Shown here: piece after piece, positions 18,541 through 29,625 of the stretch
Numbering within the stretch: the stretch's first letter is position 1
Layout: each line of letters starts with the position of its first letter
IMG/VR virus record: IMGVR_UViG_3300033489_000004
Coordinates: 1 to 64,000 of that record
Length of the DNA: 64,000 bases
Direction: 5' to 3' (one strand)
Origin: a virus
Notes under the pieces: generated by a model
Database searches by the model: none
The model's input: the letters and a program-made list of their open reading frames with translations, nothing else
Told to the model about the DNA's origin: nothing
Made by a program: the position numbers and the translations under genes

Positions 18541-19995
18541 ATGAAATACTATTTTCCTGATTTAAATGAAACAATAAAAGATGCAACTAAAATACCTGGA
18601 AATAATGAGATAGATGTTTTTAATTTTATTATGGACGCAGCTAAGTATGCTTATAATCAAGGTATGTTTTGGATACCACATGAGCCTATTAGGTTTATAA
18701 TAATAGATAATAATGGTGGAGAATATCCATTTGATGTATGGCTTATTATGTGTTTTACACGACCTGTTTTTTCTTCTGTAGCAAGATGGGATATTGATAA
18801 TGATTAATATTTATGATAAAGTAAAAACTAAGGAAGAATAATGACATTAAGTAATAAAAAGCTTGGGATGTGGATATGCCCAAAATGTAAACTAAACTAT
18901 ATTAATAAACAAGTTAATTTAACTGAACAAGGTAAAGAATATATTGAATGTTTATCATGTCATAATTGTTTTGATTTTAGAGGAAGAAATACTACTAAGG
19001 AGGTTTGTGGTGAGAAAGAGGTTTAAACTAATTCAAACTATTTTGAGAGAGCTAAAAAGAAATAAGACAAAGCAAGTAGAAACTGGTATGGAAGGAAAAA
19101 CTATTTTTGGTAATTTTGATACAGATATGCCAGGAGTTGAAGATAAGGAAAAAGACAAAAATTGTAGGTGTGACGGAGGATGAAATGAATAAAAGATTGG
19201 CTGTATGCCAAACTGTAATTAGATGGTTTTTAACTTTACTACTCATCTATGCTATTTATTTAGAGGCAGGGTTTTTTACCTCTTTATTTGCTATATTAGT
19301 AGCAATAGAGATTGAGACTAATAACACTAAAATAAATCACAATTTTAAAGTTTTTTCAAGAGGTTTGAGGGGGGGTATATAAGATGCTAGGAGCTTTTTT
19401 AACTTTAATTGTTACTGCTGTTGTTGCTTATGCTTTAGTAGATGCTTTAAGGTTACTAGTAAGAAAAGATTTTTATTATCCAACTTTAGCCCTGATTTTT
19501 TCTATTTATAATGCTATTAGACTGCACGCTAATGTGTTTGCACTTTCAGGAGTAAAGTTTTATGGTACAAGTATAGAAGCATATATCCTTTCTGGTATTG
19601 TTGCTAGTCTTGGAGCAAAAGAAATTTATAGCCGTTTTGGAGATTTTGTAAAACCAAAAGATAAAGAGAATGAAGTAAGGAAGAGCAAAAATCCAAATAG
19701 AGGATTAGGGGTTTAAGATATGGCAACTTATTTTTATGGTTTTTGTGTTGGGGCCTATGAAGATTATTGTGAAATATTTTTCTATTCCCATGCAAAGTAC
19801 TCTCAAGAGAATTTTAGAGCTATTGCAATTGCAGCAATAGAAGATACAAAATCTTGGCATAAAATGACTTCTTTTTACTTGGGTGATATAGTGGATAGTG
19901 CAATAAAATTTATTGAAGATAACTATGATTTGATATGTGTAAATAAATTAGTTGAGAATAGCGATAATTTGATTGATCTTGATGAATTAGATTGA
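18541..19995 (+). other. cluster of small hypothetical ORFs (18541-18807, 18841-19026, ~19180-19382, 19384-19716 membrane/holin-like, 19720-19995)
   Basis: ORF track; 19384-19716 has three hydrophobic segments. Confidence 0.5.
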
Positions 19996-20021
19996 AAAAT
20001 GCAAAAGAAAGTGAATAGACT

Positions 20022-21932
20022 ATGCAAATACCTTTAAACAAAATTAAATATCATCATCTAACAACAAGCAAGCAAATAGATAAGTTACATAAACACATTA
20101 AAGATAATGTTAATAAGTTTGCTTTCGACACGGAAACAACTGGAGCAGATAAATTACATCGAGTTCATGTTAAGTTTACAAAGATGTTTGGGGCTTCTAT
20201 TTATTTTCCTTATCATGCTATTTGGATAGAGGGCCTTGATGAAGATAACAAGTTTACAAAACGAGTTATTGCATTTTTTAAAGATATTCTTGAAGATAAG
20301 AAAAAAATAAAGATTCTTCATAACGCTACTTTTGATATTAATGTTCTTTATAAGCACAACATTAATATGGAACTTCCTATTTGGGATACTAAAACTATGG
20401 CAAGAGAATATGATGAAAATGATTTGCGGGGTGGTCTTGCTCAGTATCGAATCAATACTAAAGAAAAAGGTCTTCCATTGAAGCCTTTGACTTGGAAATA
20501 TCTTGGGTGGAAGTATGATACCCTTGATTTTGATAAGATGGATATTAAAGAATATCCCCTTGAGGATAGGGTAGCTTATGGAGGTAACGATGTTATTGCT
20601 CCTTATTATCTAGCTGATTTTTATTATCCGGAATTGAAAAAACAAAATTTGTTGTATGTATTTAATGAGATAGAGCAGCCAAATATTTTAGCCACCGCCC
20701 ATATGAATCGCACAGGAATTGTTATTGATGCTCCTTATTTGATTAAAAAAGCAAAAGAAGTAAATGAAGATGTAGAAAAGATAGAAAATGAGATACAGAA
20801 GTTAGTGGGAGAAGCATTTAATCTCAGAAGTCCTGCACAGATGAGAAAAATACTATATGATAAATTAAAATACCCAATAAAGGGGCAAACTAAAGGAGGA
20901 GAATCTGGAGAAAAAAAGATATCTACTGGGACTCCAACTTTAAAACTAGTACAAGAGGACCTTATAAAAAAGGGTAAAGACACATCTCTTATAGATAAGA
21001 TACTTTTTTATCGTGCGGTTGATCAGATAAATAAAATGTATCTAAAGCCATTTCCAAAAAAACACTTAATGCCGGATGGAAGAATTTATCCGGCATATCC
21101 ACAAAACGAGACTGTTACCTCAAGAATGAAAAGCAGAAATCCAAATTTTCAAAATCTAAAGAAGGAAATGAAAGACCCAAAGCATCCTTTATACAAATAT
21201 TCTTTTATTATAAAGCATTCAGTTATAGCTCCCAAGGATTTTTGGATTGTTTCAGCAGATTATTCTCAGTTGGAATACCGACTTTTAGCACATCATTCTG
21301 AAGATAAGAAACTAATAGAGGGATATTGTTCTGGTGATTTAGATATTCATATTCTAGTTGCAGCAGATATGCTAGATATTGATTATGGTAGTGTAACAGA
21401 AGATGAAAGACAGGAGGGAAAGACCCTGAATTTTGGTACTGTTTATGGTCAAGGACCATATAACCTTTCTATAATGCTTAAATGTACTGAAGAAAAAGCA
21501 AAAGAAAAAATAGACTACTATTTTTCTAGGTTTCCCGGGGTAAAAAGTTTTATTGATAAAATACATAGAAATATCATTAGAAAAGGTTATGTTGTAACTT
21601 TTACAGGAAGACGAAGAAGAATACCAGAAGTTTACAGCAGTAACAGGTGGATTAGAGAAGCAGCTTTACGACAAAGTGTAAATTCAGTAATTCAAGGAGG
21701 AGCAACGGGGGATATAAATAAGATGGCATTAAATGATATTTATTTTAATCTTGTTGATGAGAAAAAGATATTTATGCCTGCGGATATTCATGACGAGATA
21801 CTTCTTTACGTTCATGATTCTATTGTAGATGAGGTAAAAGAAGAAATGACAGAAATTATGGAAAATGTTTGTAAGCTTAAAGTACCTCTTGTGGTGAAGG
21901 CGGAAAAGAAAAAACATTGGGTGGAGGCATAA
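20022..21932 (+). CDS. polA: family A DNA polymerase (3'-5' exonuclease plus polymerase, no 5' nuclease)
   Basis: FDTETTG, HNATFD, motif A SADYSQLEYR, motif B RQEGKTLNFGTVYG, motif C IHDEI. Confidence 0.95.
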   Translation: MQIPLNKIKYHHLTTSKQIDKLHKHIKDNVNKFAFDTETTGADKLHRVHVKFTKMFGASIYFPYHAIWIEGLDEDNKFTKRVIAFFKDILEDKKKIKILHNATFDINVLYKHNINMELPIWDTKTMAREYDENDLRGGLAQYRINTKEKGLPLKPLTWKYLGWKYDTLDFDKMDIKEYPLEDRVAYGGNDVIAPYYLADFYYPELKKQNLLYVFNEIEQPNILATAHMNRTGIVIDAPYLIKKAKEVNEDVEKIENEIQKLVGEAFNLRSPAQMRKILYDKLKYPIKGQTKGGESGEKKISTGTPTLKLVQEDLIKKGKDTSLIDKILFYRAVDQINKMYLKPFPKKHLMPDGRIYPAYPQNETVTSRMKSRNPNFQNLKKEMKDPKHPLYKYSFIIKHSVIAPKDFWIVSADYSQLEYRLLAHHSEDKKLIEGYCSGDLDIHILVAADMLDIDYGSVTEDERQEGKTLNFGTVYGQGPYNLSIMLKCTEEKAKEKIDYYFSRFPGVKSFIDKIHRNIIRKGYVVTFTGRRRRIPEVYSSNRWIREAALRQSVNSVIQGGATGDINKMALNDIYFNLVDEKKIFMPADIHDEILLYVHDSIVDEVKEEMTEIMENVCKLKVPLVVKAEKKKHWVEA

Positions 21933-22309
21933 TGGATTTTTTGGAAAGCTATGTGAAAATGTGTATGGAAGCTAAAGAAGTTCAAGATTTACATAAACGC
22001 TATTCAGAATGGATAACCTATGATAACCAAGAGTTTTTTGCAGCAAGAGATTATAAAGACTATGGTATAGTTTGTTTTTGGCTGCCTCGCCAAGACCAAC
22101 TTCAAGAATTGGTTGTTGATCCTGAAGGAGATCCGCCGGACGTATTTTCACTATTTAATATGTTCAATCATTGGCAGATGAATACAGTTCCTATGAAGGA
22201 AGCAACAGCAGAAAAACTTTGGCTTGCTTTTGTGATGTATTTCCGATTTTACAAGGTTTGGGACGATAAGGAAAATAAGTGGATTAAGGATACTGAAAAC
22301 TATTTATAG
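21932..22309 (+). CDS. conserved phage hypothetical protein
   Basis: WLPRQDQLQE..AEKLWLAFVM...KVWD motif; likely start ATG at 21932. Confidence 0.6.
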   Translation: MDFLESYVKMCMEAKEVQDLHKRYSEWITYDNQEFFAARDYKDYGIVCFWLPRQDQLQELVVDPEGDPPDVFSLFNMFNHWQMNTVPMKEATAEKLWLAFVMYFRFYKVWDDKENKWIKDTENYL

Positions 22310-22475
22310 GAGGAAAAGTGTCAGACATAAGATGTACTGATTGTGGAGGTCTAACAGATGATTTTTATTGTTTTGATTGTTATACTAGATTAGAAGAAGA
22401 AAAAGAAGATTTAGAGCAAAAGATAGAAAGCCTAGAAGCAATAATAATCAAATTAGAAAGTGAGTTGAGGGAATA

Positions 22476-23444
22476 ATGAGCAAAAACACAGTTTGTGATC
22501 CAGCAGAGATTTATATGGAGTCAAAAGAAAAATCAGAATGGCTTCCAAAGAATTTTGGTGTTAGTATGCTTGGAATGTGTGAAAGAAGTTCTATACTAAA
22601 GAAGGTACACGCCCCCCAGAAAAAAATGGATGCAAAGAAAAGAAGAAAACAACTTCTTAAATTTGCTTTGGCTGATTATATGGAAAATGATATTATTGAT
22701 TCCTGGTTCTACAAAGGAATTCTTGTATCTAATCAGTTGAAGGTAAATGAAGGATTACCAGAAGGCTGGGCCGGAAGGCTGGATGCTTGGATTAATAGAT
22801 GGGATGTTGGTTTTGAGATAGTAGAGATAAAAGCTTCTCATCCAAATATGTTTTCAATGTACCCACTAACAAAACCTAAACCATATAACAAATATCAATG
22901 TTTAGGATATATCTATGCCCTTAATAACTGGTTTATGAAATTAAATCCTCTTGGAGATTTGAAGACAAAAGATTTTATGTTTACTAGGGGTAGAGTTATC
23001 TATATGAATCGAGGAGGAGAAACTGAGCCTCTTCAGTTTACATTTGAATTTACTCAAGAGGATAGACTAGAGATTATTTCCATGATAAAATCTCTTAATA
23101 ATCATTTGAAAAACTACGAAAAATCAAAAGGAAAAGATCTTCCCCAGGTAATGGATAAAGAAATAAAAATTAGTAAGAAGAAAAAGAAAGTTAAAGATAA
23201 AAAAACAGGTAAGGAAAAAACGGTATCTACTATTGAAGCATATCTAGATTCTCATTGGTTGTGTGGAGATTTTTGTGATTTTTGTGATGTGTCATGTAAA
23301 CCAAGCTTAGAAAAAAATAAGTGCGGAGAATTTGATGAGAAAGGGGATTTTATTGTTCGTAAAGGTTATGAAGATTATAAGGAAATGGCCGCAGAAGCAA
23401 AAATTGAATATGATTCTTTACAAGAAGCTAAAAGTATGCTATAA
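22476..23444 (+). CDS. Cas4-like PD-(D/E)xK exonuclease (Fe-S cysteines)
   Basis: GMCER, GRLDA, EIKA, QCLGY, C-terminal CGDFCDFCDVSC; no CRISPR context. Confidence 0.75.
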   Translation: MSKNTVCDPAEIYMESKEKSEWLPKNFGVSMLGMCERSSILKKVHAPQKKMDAKKRRKQLLKFALADYMENDIIDSWFYKGILVSNQLKVNEGLPEGWAGRLDAWINRWDVGFEIVEIKASHPNMFSMYPLTKPKPYNKYQCLGYIYALNNWFMKLNPLGDLKTKDFMFTRGRVIYMNRGGETEPLQFTFEFTQEDRLEIISMIKSLNNHLKNYEKSKGKDLPQVMDKEIKISKKKKKVKDKKTGKEKTVSTIEAYLDSHWLCGDFCDFCDVSCKPSLEKNKCGEFDEKGDFIVRKGYEDYKEMAAEAKIEYDSLQEAKSML

Positions 23445-23445
23445 T
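23417..23445 (+). promoter_or_regulatory. sigma70/sigmaA promoter
   Basis: TTTACA-N17-TATAAT with TG extension, upstream of SSB-like gene. Confidence 0.65.
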
Positions 23446-23526
23446 AAATATAGGCATATATTTTTTAAGGGGGGATTGTCAATATATTAGAGAAAAAAGA
23501 GTATATTACTAAAGGAGGATTTTAGA

Positions 23527-24213
23527 ATGGCAGTTCGTAGAGGTGGATCATCCGGAGGAAGAAGGTCTGGTTCAAAATCAGAACCAAAGCCTATTACAGA
23601 AGAGGTATATGTAGTAAAGTCTAATGTTGTAGAGGTAGGAAATGGACAATTTGTAGGTCTTGAAGATGATGGAGGTACACAGTATTCGGTATGGGATAAT
23701 AAGGGAAATGAGGATGCTTTTGATACTGCTCAGGAAGCTGAAGGATGTGTTTGTAAACTTACTTATGTTATCAATAAACAGTATAGAAATGTTTCTGAAG
23801 TAGAAATCTTGGAGGAGGTAGATAAACCAGTAACTAGATCTGGAGCATCCGGTGGAGGTGTAGATAGTCCAGATAAACAAAATTCTATTGAAGCCCAGGC
23901 TTGTATGAAGTCAGCTATAGCTGCAGTAACGGAAAATCCAGATCTTTTCTTTGATGACTTAGAAAATCTTACCCAACCAGAACTTGTTTCTACTGTTGAG
24001 GAATTGGCTCTTGATTTAGCTGAAATTTTGGACAAGACTAAAAGCTTTCTTTCTGGAGAAGATATTGGTAGGCCAGTAGTAGAAGAGGAAGGTTCTTATG
24101 AGCCAGAGACAGAAAGAGGAGACACTATTCCAGAAGATGGTGGATATGAGGAGGAAGAAGTAAAGCCTAAAGCTACTCCAAGAAAAAGAGGTCCAGTAAA
24201 GAGAGGTAAGTAA
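23527..24213 (+). CDS. putative single-stranded DNA-binding protein
   Basis: OB-fold-like N-terminus, KQNSIEAQAC motif, acidic tail, replication context. Confidence 0.55.
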   Translation: MAVRRGGSSGGRRSGSKSEPKPITEEVYVVKSNVVEVGNGQFVGLEDDGGTQYSVWDNKGNEDAFDTAQEAEGCVCKLTYVINKQYRNVSEVEILEEVDKPVTRSGASGGGVDSPDKQNSIEAQACMKSAIAAVTENPDLFFDDLENLTQPELVSTVEELALDLAEILDKTKSFLSGEDIGRPVVEEEGSYEPETERGDTIPEDGGYEEEEVKPKATPRKRGPVKRGK

Positions 24214-24548
24214 TGTTGGTAACTAAAAAAGGTAAGCCCATTAATTATGACGAGTTTATTGTTCGTCTTCCTAAAAACTTGGCTGAAAAAACGAGTAAAC
24301 AACGAAGTTTAAACGGAATGATAATTTATATTAGGCCGATATACAAAAAAGGAAAGATAGTAAAGATGGTTCCCATAGGACATATTTATTGTACTAAGAA
24401 AACTTGTGATTTTATGTATGGTTCTTGCTCTGCTTGTAGAATCAACGCTACAACAAAAGCTGAGGAAATGCTAAAAAAAGACGATGTAACAGAGAGAGCA
24501 GAGTATATGGGATTAGTTATACCAGAAGGGGGAATATTAACACCGTAG
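24213..24548 (+). CDS. hypothetical Cys-containing protein
   Basis: ORF track, TAATG coupling. Confidence 0.55.
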   Translation: MLVTKKGKPINYDEFIVRLPKNLAEKTSKQRSLNGMIIYIRPIYKKGKIVKMVPIGHIYCTKKTCDFMYGSCSACRINATTKAEEMLKKDDVTERAEYMGLVIPEGGILTP

Positions 24549-24680
24549 GTTAGTTTGATAGGCATATAATAAAAAGGTATTTGTTCTACGAAGCCGATAA
24601 GTTGCTCATGGTGCAACGACCTATCCCGAAGTCGTAGGGAAACCAAAGGGATGCCTATCAAAATTTTAGAAAGGAAGCAG

Positions 24681-26912
24681 ATGAAATCATCTGAATTCAG
24701 ATATATTTTTAGTGGAAAACAGTCAGCTTATGCCTTACAGGTTGGTAGAAAGGAGCAGGCCGAGTTTGGAAGAAAATTAGAAATAGGAGATTATTATCCA
24801 ATAAGAAAACCGATAACAGTAAAAGTGTATGACAAACATTTCAATAAAGAGATAACTGCTGGTATATATGTAGTTGATGAAAACGATAAGTGTTCTTTTA
24901 CCGCTATTGATTTAGATGATAAGAATATTGATTACCTAAACTCTATTTTAAGTGCCTGTAATCAGATAGGGCTTACAGAAAATAATCTTCTCATAGAGTT
25001 TTCTGGTAGTAAAGGATACCATGTTTTTATTCCCTTCCAAAGAAGAATACTAGCTAAAAAAGCAAGAGCTTTAGGACTAATCATAAAAGAGTTATCCAAG
25101 ATAGGGTCTTTAGTTGAGGTTTTTCCCAAGCAGACCACCACAAACAAAAAGAAAGGATTTGGTAATTTAATAAAACTTCCACTAGGTAAGCATAAAGTTA
25201 GTAGAAAGTCTTCTTATTTTATGGATACCTCTTTTAATAGGGTTCCTGTTGATAAAATAAACGTAACTAAGGTAACTCAGGAAAAAGTAGATCAGATAAT
25301 AAAACAATATAGCTACATCCTTCCAGATGAAACCACAACTAAGAAAACAGGAGAAAGTCTTCTTTGTATTAAAGAAATGAGTAAAGGAGTTAAAAAAGGG
25401 TACAGAGATAACTCTGCTTTTACTCTTGCAGCTTATTTTAAACAGAATGGCGACCCTATTGGGCAAACTAAAGAAGATTGTACTAGACATCTTTTGGAGT
25501 GGAATAAGAAAAACAACCCTCCGATGCCTCATCATATTATTATAGACAAAATAGAAAGTGTATACTCTGGAGGATATTTTGTTCCTGGTTGTAACAGTGA
25601 TCAGTTATCCCCATTTTGTGACCATAGGTGCTGGAAACACCAAGTAATTTATGGAGATAAAGAAGAAGTAAATGAAAATGAGCTTTCTATTTATGATTGT
25701 ATACCAAGTAGGGGGGTAATCAAAGACTATATTGATTACGCTAGCGAAAGAAATGCCTCTCCTATAGAATATCATTTAATGACGATACTTTCTCTTTTAT
25801 CTGTAGTTGTGGGAGACAGTATTTGGTTTGATCTTTTTGACGATGGGGAAAAGATACCGAATATCTATATTTTGTTAATAGGGGGATCCGGTGTAGGTAA
25901 AGGATCAGCAATAAATATCGGAACTAGGATTCTAAGTAAAGTGTCTAATGGACTTCTTGTCCCACATGATTTTCTATCTAGAGAAGCTCTTATTGATAGC
26001 CTAGTTGCTTATCCTTCTGGTCTTCTTATTCTTGAAGAATTTTCTTCTTTGTTGGCTAAATCTAGAATGAGCAGATATGCTGGAATTTTGCAACTACTAA
26101 CCCAAATTTATGATAACCCGGAAAATTACAAAACCGTTTCTAAGGGGGAAGGGCCAAAGGAAATACATAAACCACAGATTTCTATTCTAGCCGCCACTAC
26201 TCCAGAATGGATAGCCAAAGATATTAAGTATGAAGATATATCTGGAGGTTTTCTTTGCAGATATCTTTTTATTAACGCTTCTACTATCCCAGATTTTAGG
26301 GGGGTAAAAGAAAAATCTGTAGAGCATATTAAAAAAGGTAGACGGATTGAAGAATTTTTATCCTCAGTGTTGGCTGTAGAAAATAGGGCAGAGGCTGATC
26401 TTTCAAAAGTTAAAGATGATATTAACCAGTTTTTATACGATAATGATTTGGACTTGGTTAATAGTTCTCAGGAGGATGTTCTTAGGGGATATTGGAATAG
26501 ACTAAAAATGTATATTATCAAACTAGCTATTCTATATCAGATATCTCTTAACAATTCTCATGTAATTGAAGGGGAAGCTTTTGACTTAGCCTATAACTTG
26601 ATATCCTATGCAAAAGACCAAGTAAAGTATATTCTTAAAAATGTTCTTATTATTGGAGATGACTATGCAGTTGCTTCTAGAGTAGCTAAATTAATTAAAA
26701 ACGCTGGAAGATGGGGAATCAAAAGAGGAAAATTACATAGAATTAGTGGAATCAATAACATGAGAAAGTTTGACGGCATTATAGATACTCTTGAAGATCA
26801 AGAAATAATTTTTCATCGCTATCTTGGGGGGAGTAAAAAGAAATCTAATATGCAGTTTTATGATGGAAAGTATCAAAAAATGTTCAATAATGGAGCTAAA
26901 GATGAACACTAG
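24681..26912 (+). CDS. AEP primase + PriCT + DUF3987-like helicase fusion
   Basis: IDLDD, FSGSKGYH, EVFPKQ..GNLIKLPLG (AEP), GYRDNSAF..WNKKNNPP (PriCT), GGSGVGKG, GGFLCR; likely start ATG 24681 after AAGGAAG. Confidence 0.85.
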   Translation: MKSSEFRYIFSGKQSAYALQVGRKEQAEFGRKLEIGDYYPIRKPITVKVYDKHFNKEITAGIYVVDENDKCSFTAIDLDDKNIDYLNSILSACNQIGLTENNLLIEFSGSKGYHVFIPFQRRILAKKARALGLIIKELSKIGSLVEVFPKQTTTNKKKGFGNLIKLPLGKHKVSRKSSYFMDTSFNRVPVDKINVTKVTQEKVDQIIKQYSYILPDETTTKKTGESLLCIKEMSKGVKKGYRDNSAFTLAAYFKQNGDPIGQTKEDCTRHLLEWNKKNNPPMPHHIIIDKIESVYSGGYFVPGCNSDQLSPFCDHRCWKHQVIYGDKEEVNENELSIYDCIPSRGVIKDYIDYASERNASPIEYHLMTILSLLSVVVGDSIWFDLFDDGEKIPNIYILLIGGSGVGKGSAINIGTRILSKVSNGLLVPHDFLSREALIDSLVAYPSGLLILEEFSSLLAKSRMSRYAGILQLLTQIYDNPENYKTVSKGEGPKEIHKPQISILAATTPEWIAKDIKYEDISGGFLCRYLFINASTIPDFRGVKEKSVEHIKKGRRIEEFLSSVLAVENRAEADLSKVKDDINQFLYDNDLDLVNSSQEDVLRGYWNRLKMYIIKLAILYQISLNNSHVIEGEAFDLAYNLISYAKDQVKYILKNVLIIGDDYAVASRVAKLIKNAGRWGIKRGKLHRISGINNMRKFDGIIDTLEDQEIIFHRYLGGSKKKSNMQFYDGKYQKMFNNGAKDEH

Positions 26913-27189
26913 ATTACATAACAACGACTCATTACTATACACAGGAGCTATGGCTGTATGGGATTGTTATTTTATTTCCAGTAGGCAGGAAAAAAAACAG
27001 TGTTCAGAAAATAAAAAGACATGCAATAAAACTGGCTGTTCTTACTATCTTAGAAATATTAATTCTTGTATTGGAATAAGAGAAAATGAAAGATGTGATG
27101 ACTGTATAATAAACAAAATTCCTGGACTTAAAAAATACTGCAACAAGTTAAAGAAGGAGGGAAAATGTCAAAAAAGAAGACGGGTATAG
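26902..27189 (+). CDS. Cys-rich hypothetical protein
   Basis: ORF track; likely internal start. Confidence 0.4.
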   Translation: MNTRLHNNDSLLYTGAMAVWDCYFISSRQEKKQCSENKKTCNKTGCSYYLRNINSCIGIRENERCDDCIINKIPGLKKYCNKLKKEGKCQKRRRV

Positions 27190-29480
27190 AGATAGATGAC
27201 TATGATAATATAGATAAAATGTGCAGTACTTTTAACGATTTCTACGGGGAGGGTGCTGCCACTGATGCAAACTACTCACATTCTGAGTATATTCCTACAG
27301 AAATCCTACCACTAGATTTAATGATACCCTATGGAGGTATTCCCCAGGGAAGAGTTGTAATGCTCAAAGCCCCTGAAGGAGCCGGGAAATGCCTGCATAA
27401 AGATACCTACTGCTTAACGGATAAAGGGATACAAACAGTAGAGGAAATTTTTGTGGAAAATGGGGTAAAATTAGAGCAAAAAGAAATTTTTGTTGAAAAG
27501 GAAATTTTGTTAGCAAATGAGGATAATAATTTAGAGAGAGTATCTCATTTTTATTCCAATGGTAAAGAAGATGTGGTAAAGGTTATTTCAAGTAATGGAC
27601 AGGAAATTGTAGGTACTCCCAACCATCCAATAAGGGTGATACATAAAGGAATGATTGTATGGAAAAAGTTAAAAGATATTACAACTGAAGATTATGTAGT
27701 AATAAGCAGAAATACAAAACAATTTGGCAAAAAAAATTCTCCTAGACTTGCTACATTATTGGGTTATCTTATTGCAGACGGCTATTTAGGATCAAAAAAT
27801 CTTATTGGGTTTACTAATAACGATGAAGAAATTTTGCAGGAGTTTGAAGATTTAGTTAGCGACTATATTCCAAAAGAGTTAGCTAAATATCCTAGAGGAA
27901 ATACTGTAGAAACTTCTATCTATAGTAAAAAATTACGTACACTGTTTTTTAACAAATATGGAATTGACTATGTATTAGCTAAGAATAAAACAGTTCCTAA
28001 ATTAGTCAGATTAGGAAATAGAAAAACACAGATAAATTTTATTCGTGCCTATATGGAGTTAGAATCTAGCATTAATACAAATAAAGGAGTAATAGAAGTA
28101 ACCTCGGCATCTAAAAAACTTCTTGAAGAAATTCAGTTAATGCTATTAAATATGGGGGTTATCTCTGTACTGTCTGCTAAAAAAGTTAAAAATTATCCTA
28201 ATAATGACTATTGGAGAATACTAATAAGCGGGGTAGAAGTAGATAAGTACTTAAATATTATCGGCTACAAAACTAAAAAAAGGTTGCTGGTAGTAAATAA
28301 ATTACGCCTAGTAGAAAGGAATACTAACATAGATTCTATACCGAAGTTAGCCACTTTATTGGAGGTATTAGATAACTGTCGGTTAAGTAATAAAAAGTCT
28401 ACGACTAGGATTATTTATGATTATAAAAAAGGAAATGCTGCTGTAACATATAGCAGATTAAAATTAATTATAGACGAATATAATCAACAGCAATTAACAA
28501 AAAAGGGAAAAAAAATAGTTCAGTATCTAGTAAATTTATACCAAAAAGGTTATTTCTATTCAAAAGTGAATAAAATTTCACACTCTAGGGATTTTACTTA
28601 TGATTTTACTTTACCAAACACACATACATTTATATCTAATGGGTTTATTAGCCACAATACTTCTTTACTTTTACATATAATAGGAGCTTTTCAGAGATCA
28701 AAAATTCTTAACAACAGGGAAACTTCTGGATATAGTGATTGTGAATTTAGATTTGATAAGAGTTATGCTAATCTATGTGGAACTAGCACTAAACCAGGAG
28801 AAGTTAGGTTGTTGCATGGATTATGGGGGGAGGCTAATTTAGAAATGGCCGAGCATTTAATGAGATCGGGCAAGCTAAAAATACTGGGGGTTGATAGTGT
28901 TCCTGCTTTAGTTCCGAGGGAAGAAGTAGAAGGAGCTATGGATGATGCTCAAGTAGGTCTTCAAGCTAGAATGATAGGAAAAGCTCTTAGAAAACTTATA
29001 CCTGTTGCTTACTCTACTGGCACTACAATAATATTCACTAATCAAATAAGAGAAAAAATAGGGGTAACCTGGGGCAGTAACGAGTCTCTGCCAGGGGGAC
29101 GCTCACTTCGGCACTACTCTGATTTGATTCTTGATATAAGAAAGGTGGATACTTTCACAAAAAATCCTACAATAAGAAATAAGGTTCGTACTATTAAATA
29201 CGGACAAAGATGTAAGATAAAAATAGCTAAAGGTCTAGGTGGGGAAGGTAGAGAGTGTTTTGTTAATCTTTACTATGGACAAGGTATCAATGAATATGCT
29301 AATATAGTAGATATAGTAGAAGATTATGGGATTTTTAAGAAGTCAGGACAAACCTATATGAGAAACAAAGAAAAGATAGGTACTTACAATACAGCTATGA
29401 AAAAACTAGAGGAAGATAGTAAGTTCAAGGAAGAGATAATAAAAGAAATATGGGAGGTTCATAACGAATATGGTATATAG
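27165..29480 (+). CDS. recA: RecA recombinase with intein
   Basis: GGIPQGRVV..PEGAGK|T, VDSVPALVPREEVEG, GLQARMIGKALRKL, FTNQIREKIG, PGGRSLRHYS. Confidence 0.95.
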   Translation: MSKKKTGIEIDDYDNIDKMCSTFNDFYGEGAATDANYSHSEYIPTEILPLDLMIPYGGIPQGRVVMLKAPEGAGKCLHKDTYCLTDKGIQTVEEIFVENGVKLEQKEIFVEKEILLANEDNNLERVSHFYSNGKEDVVKVISSNGQEIVGTPNHPIRVIHKGMIVWKKLKDITTEDYVVISRNTKQFGKKNSPRLATLLGYLIADGYLGSKNLIGFTNNDEEILQEFEDLVSDYIPKELAKYPRGNTVETSIYSKKLRTLFFNKYGIDYVLAKNKTVPKLVRLGNRKTQINFIRAYMELESSINTNKGVIEVTSASKKLLEEIQLMLLNMGVISVLSAKKVKNYPNNDYWRILISGVEVDKYLNIIGYKTKKRLLVVNKLRLVERNTNIDSIPKLATLLEVLDNCRLSNKKSTTRIIYDYKKGNAAVTYSRLKLIIDEYNQQQLTKKGKKIVQYLVNLYQKGYFYSKVNKISHSRDFTYDFTLPNTHTFISNGFISHNTSLLLHIIGAFQRSKILNNRETSGYSDCEFRFDKSYANLCGTSTKPGEVRLLHGLWGEANLEMAEHLMRSGKLKILGVDSVPALVPREEVEGAMDDAQVGLQARMIGKALRKLIPVAYSTGTTIIFTNQIREKIGVTWGSNESLPGGRSLRHYSDLILDIRKVDTFTKNPTIRNKVRTIKYGQRCKIKIAKGLGGEGRECFVNLYYGQGINEYANIVDIVEDYGIFKKSGQTYMRNKEKIGTYNTAMKKLEEDSKFKEEIIKEIWEVHNEYGI
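27390..28658 (+). mobile_element. LAGLIDADG intein (423 aa) in RecA Walker A
   Basis: Starts CLHKDT, ends FISHN followed by Thr; LLGYLIADG and FIRAYMELES blocks. Confidence 0.92.
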
Positions 29481-29625
29481 GATGATGGTATTTTTAACCT
29501 GTTTGTTTTTTATCAGTACAGGAATTTATGGAGCTATTCTAGGCGGGGGAATAAAAGTGGGCTTAGCGTCAGTTTTATTGGGGGTGGTAAATTTTCTACT
29601 ACTATATCATTAAGGAGAAATAACA

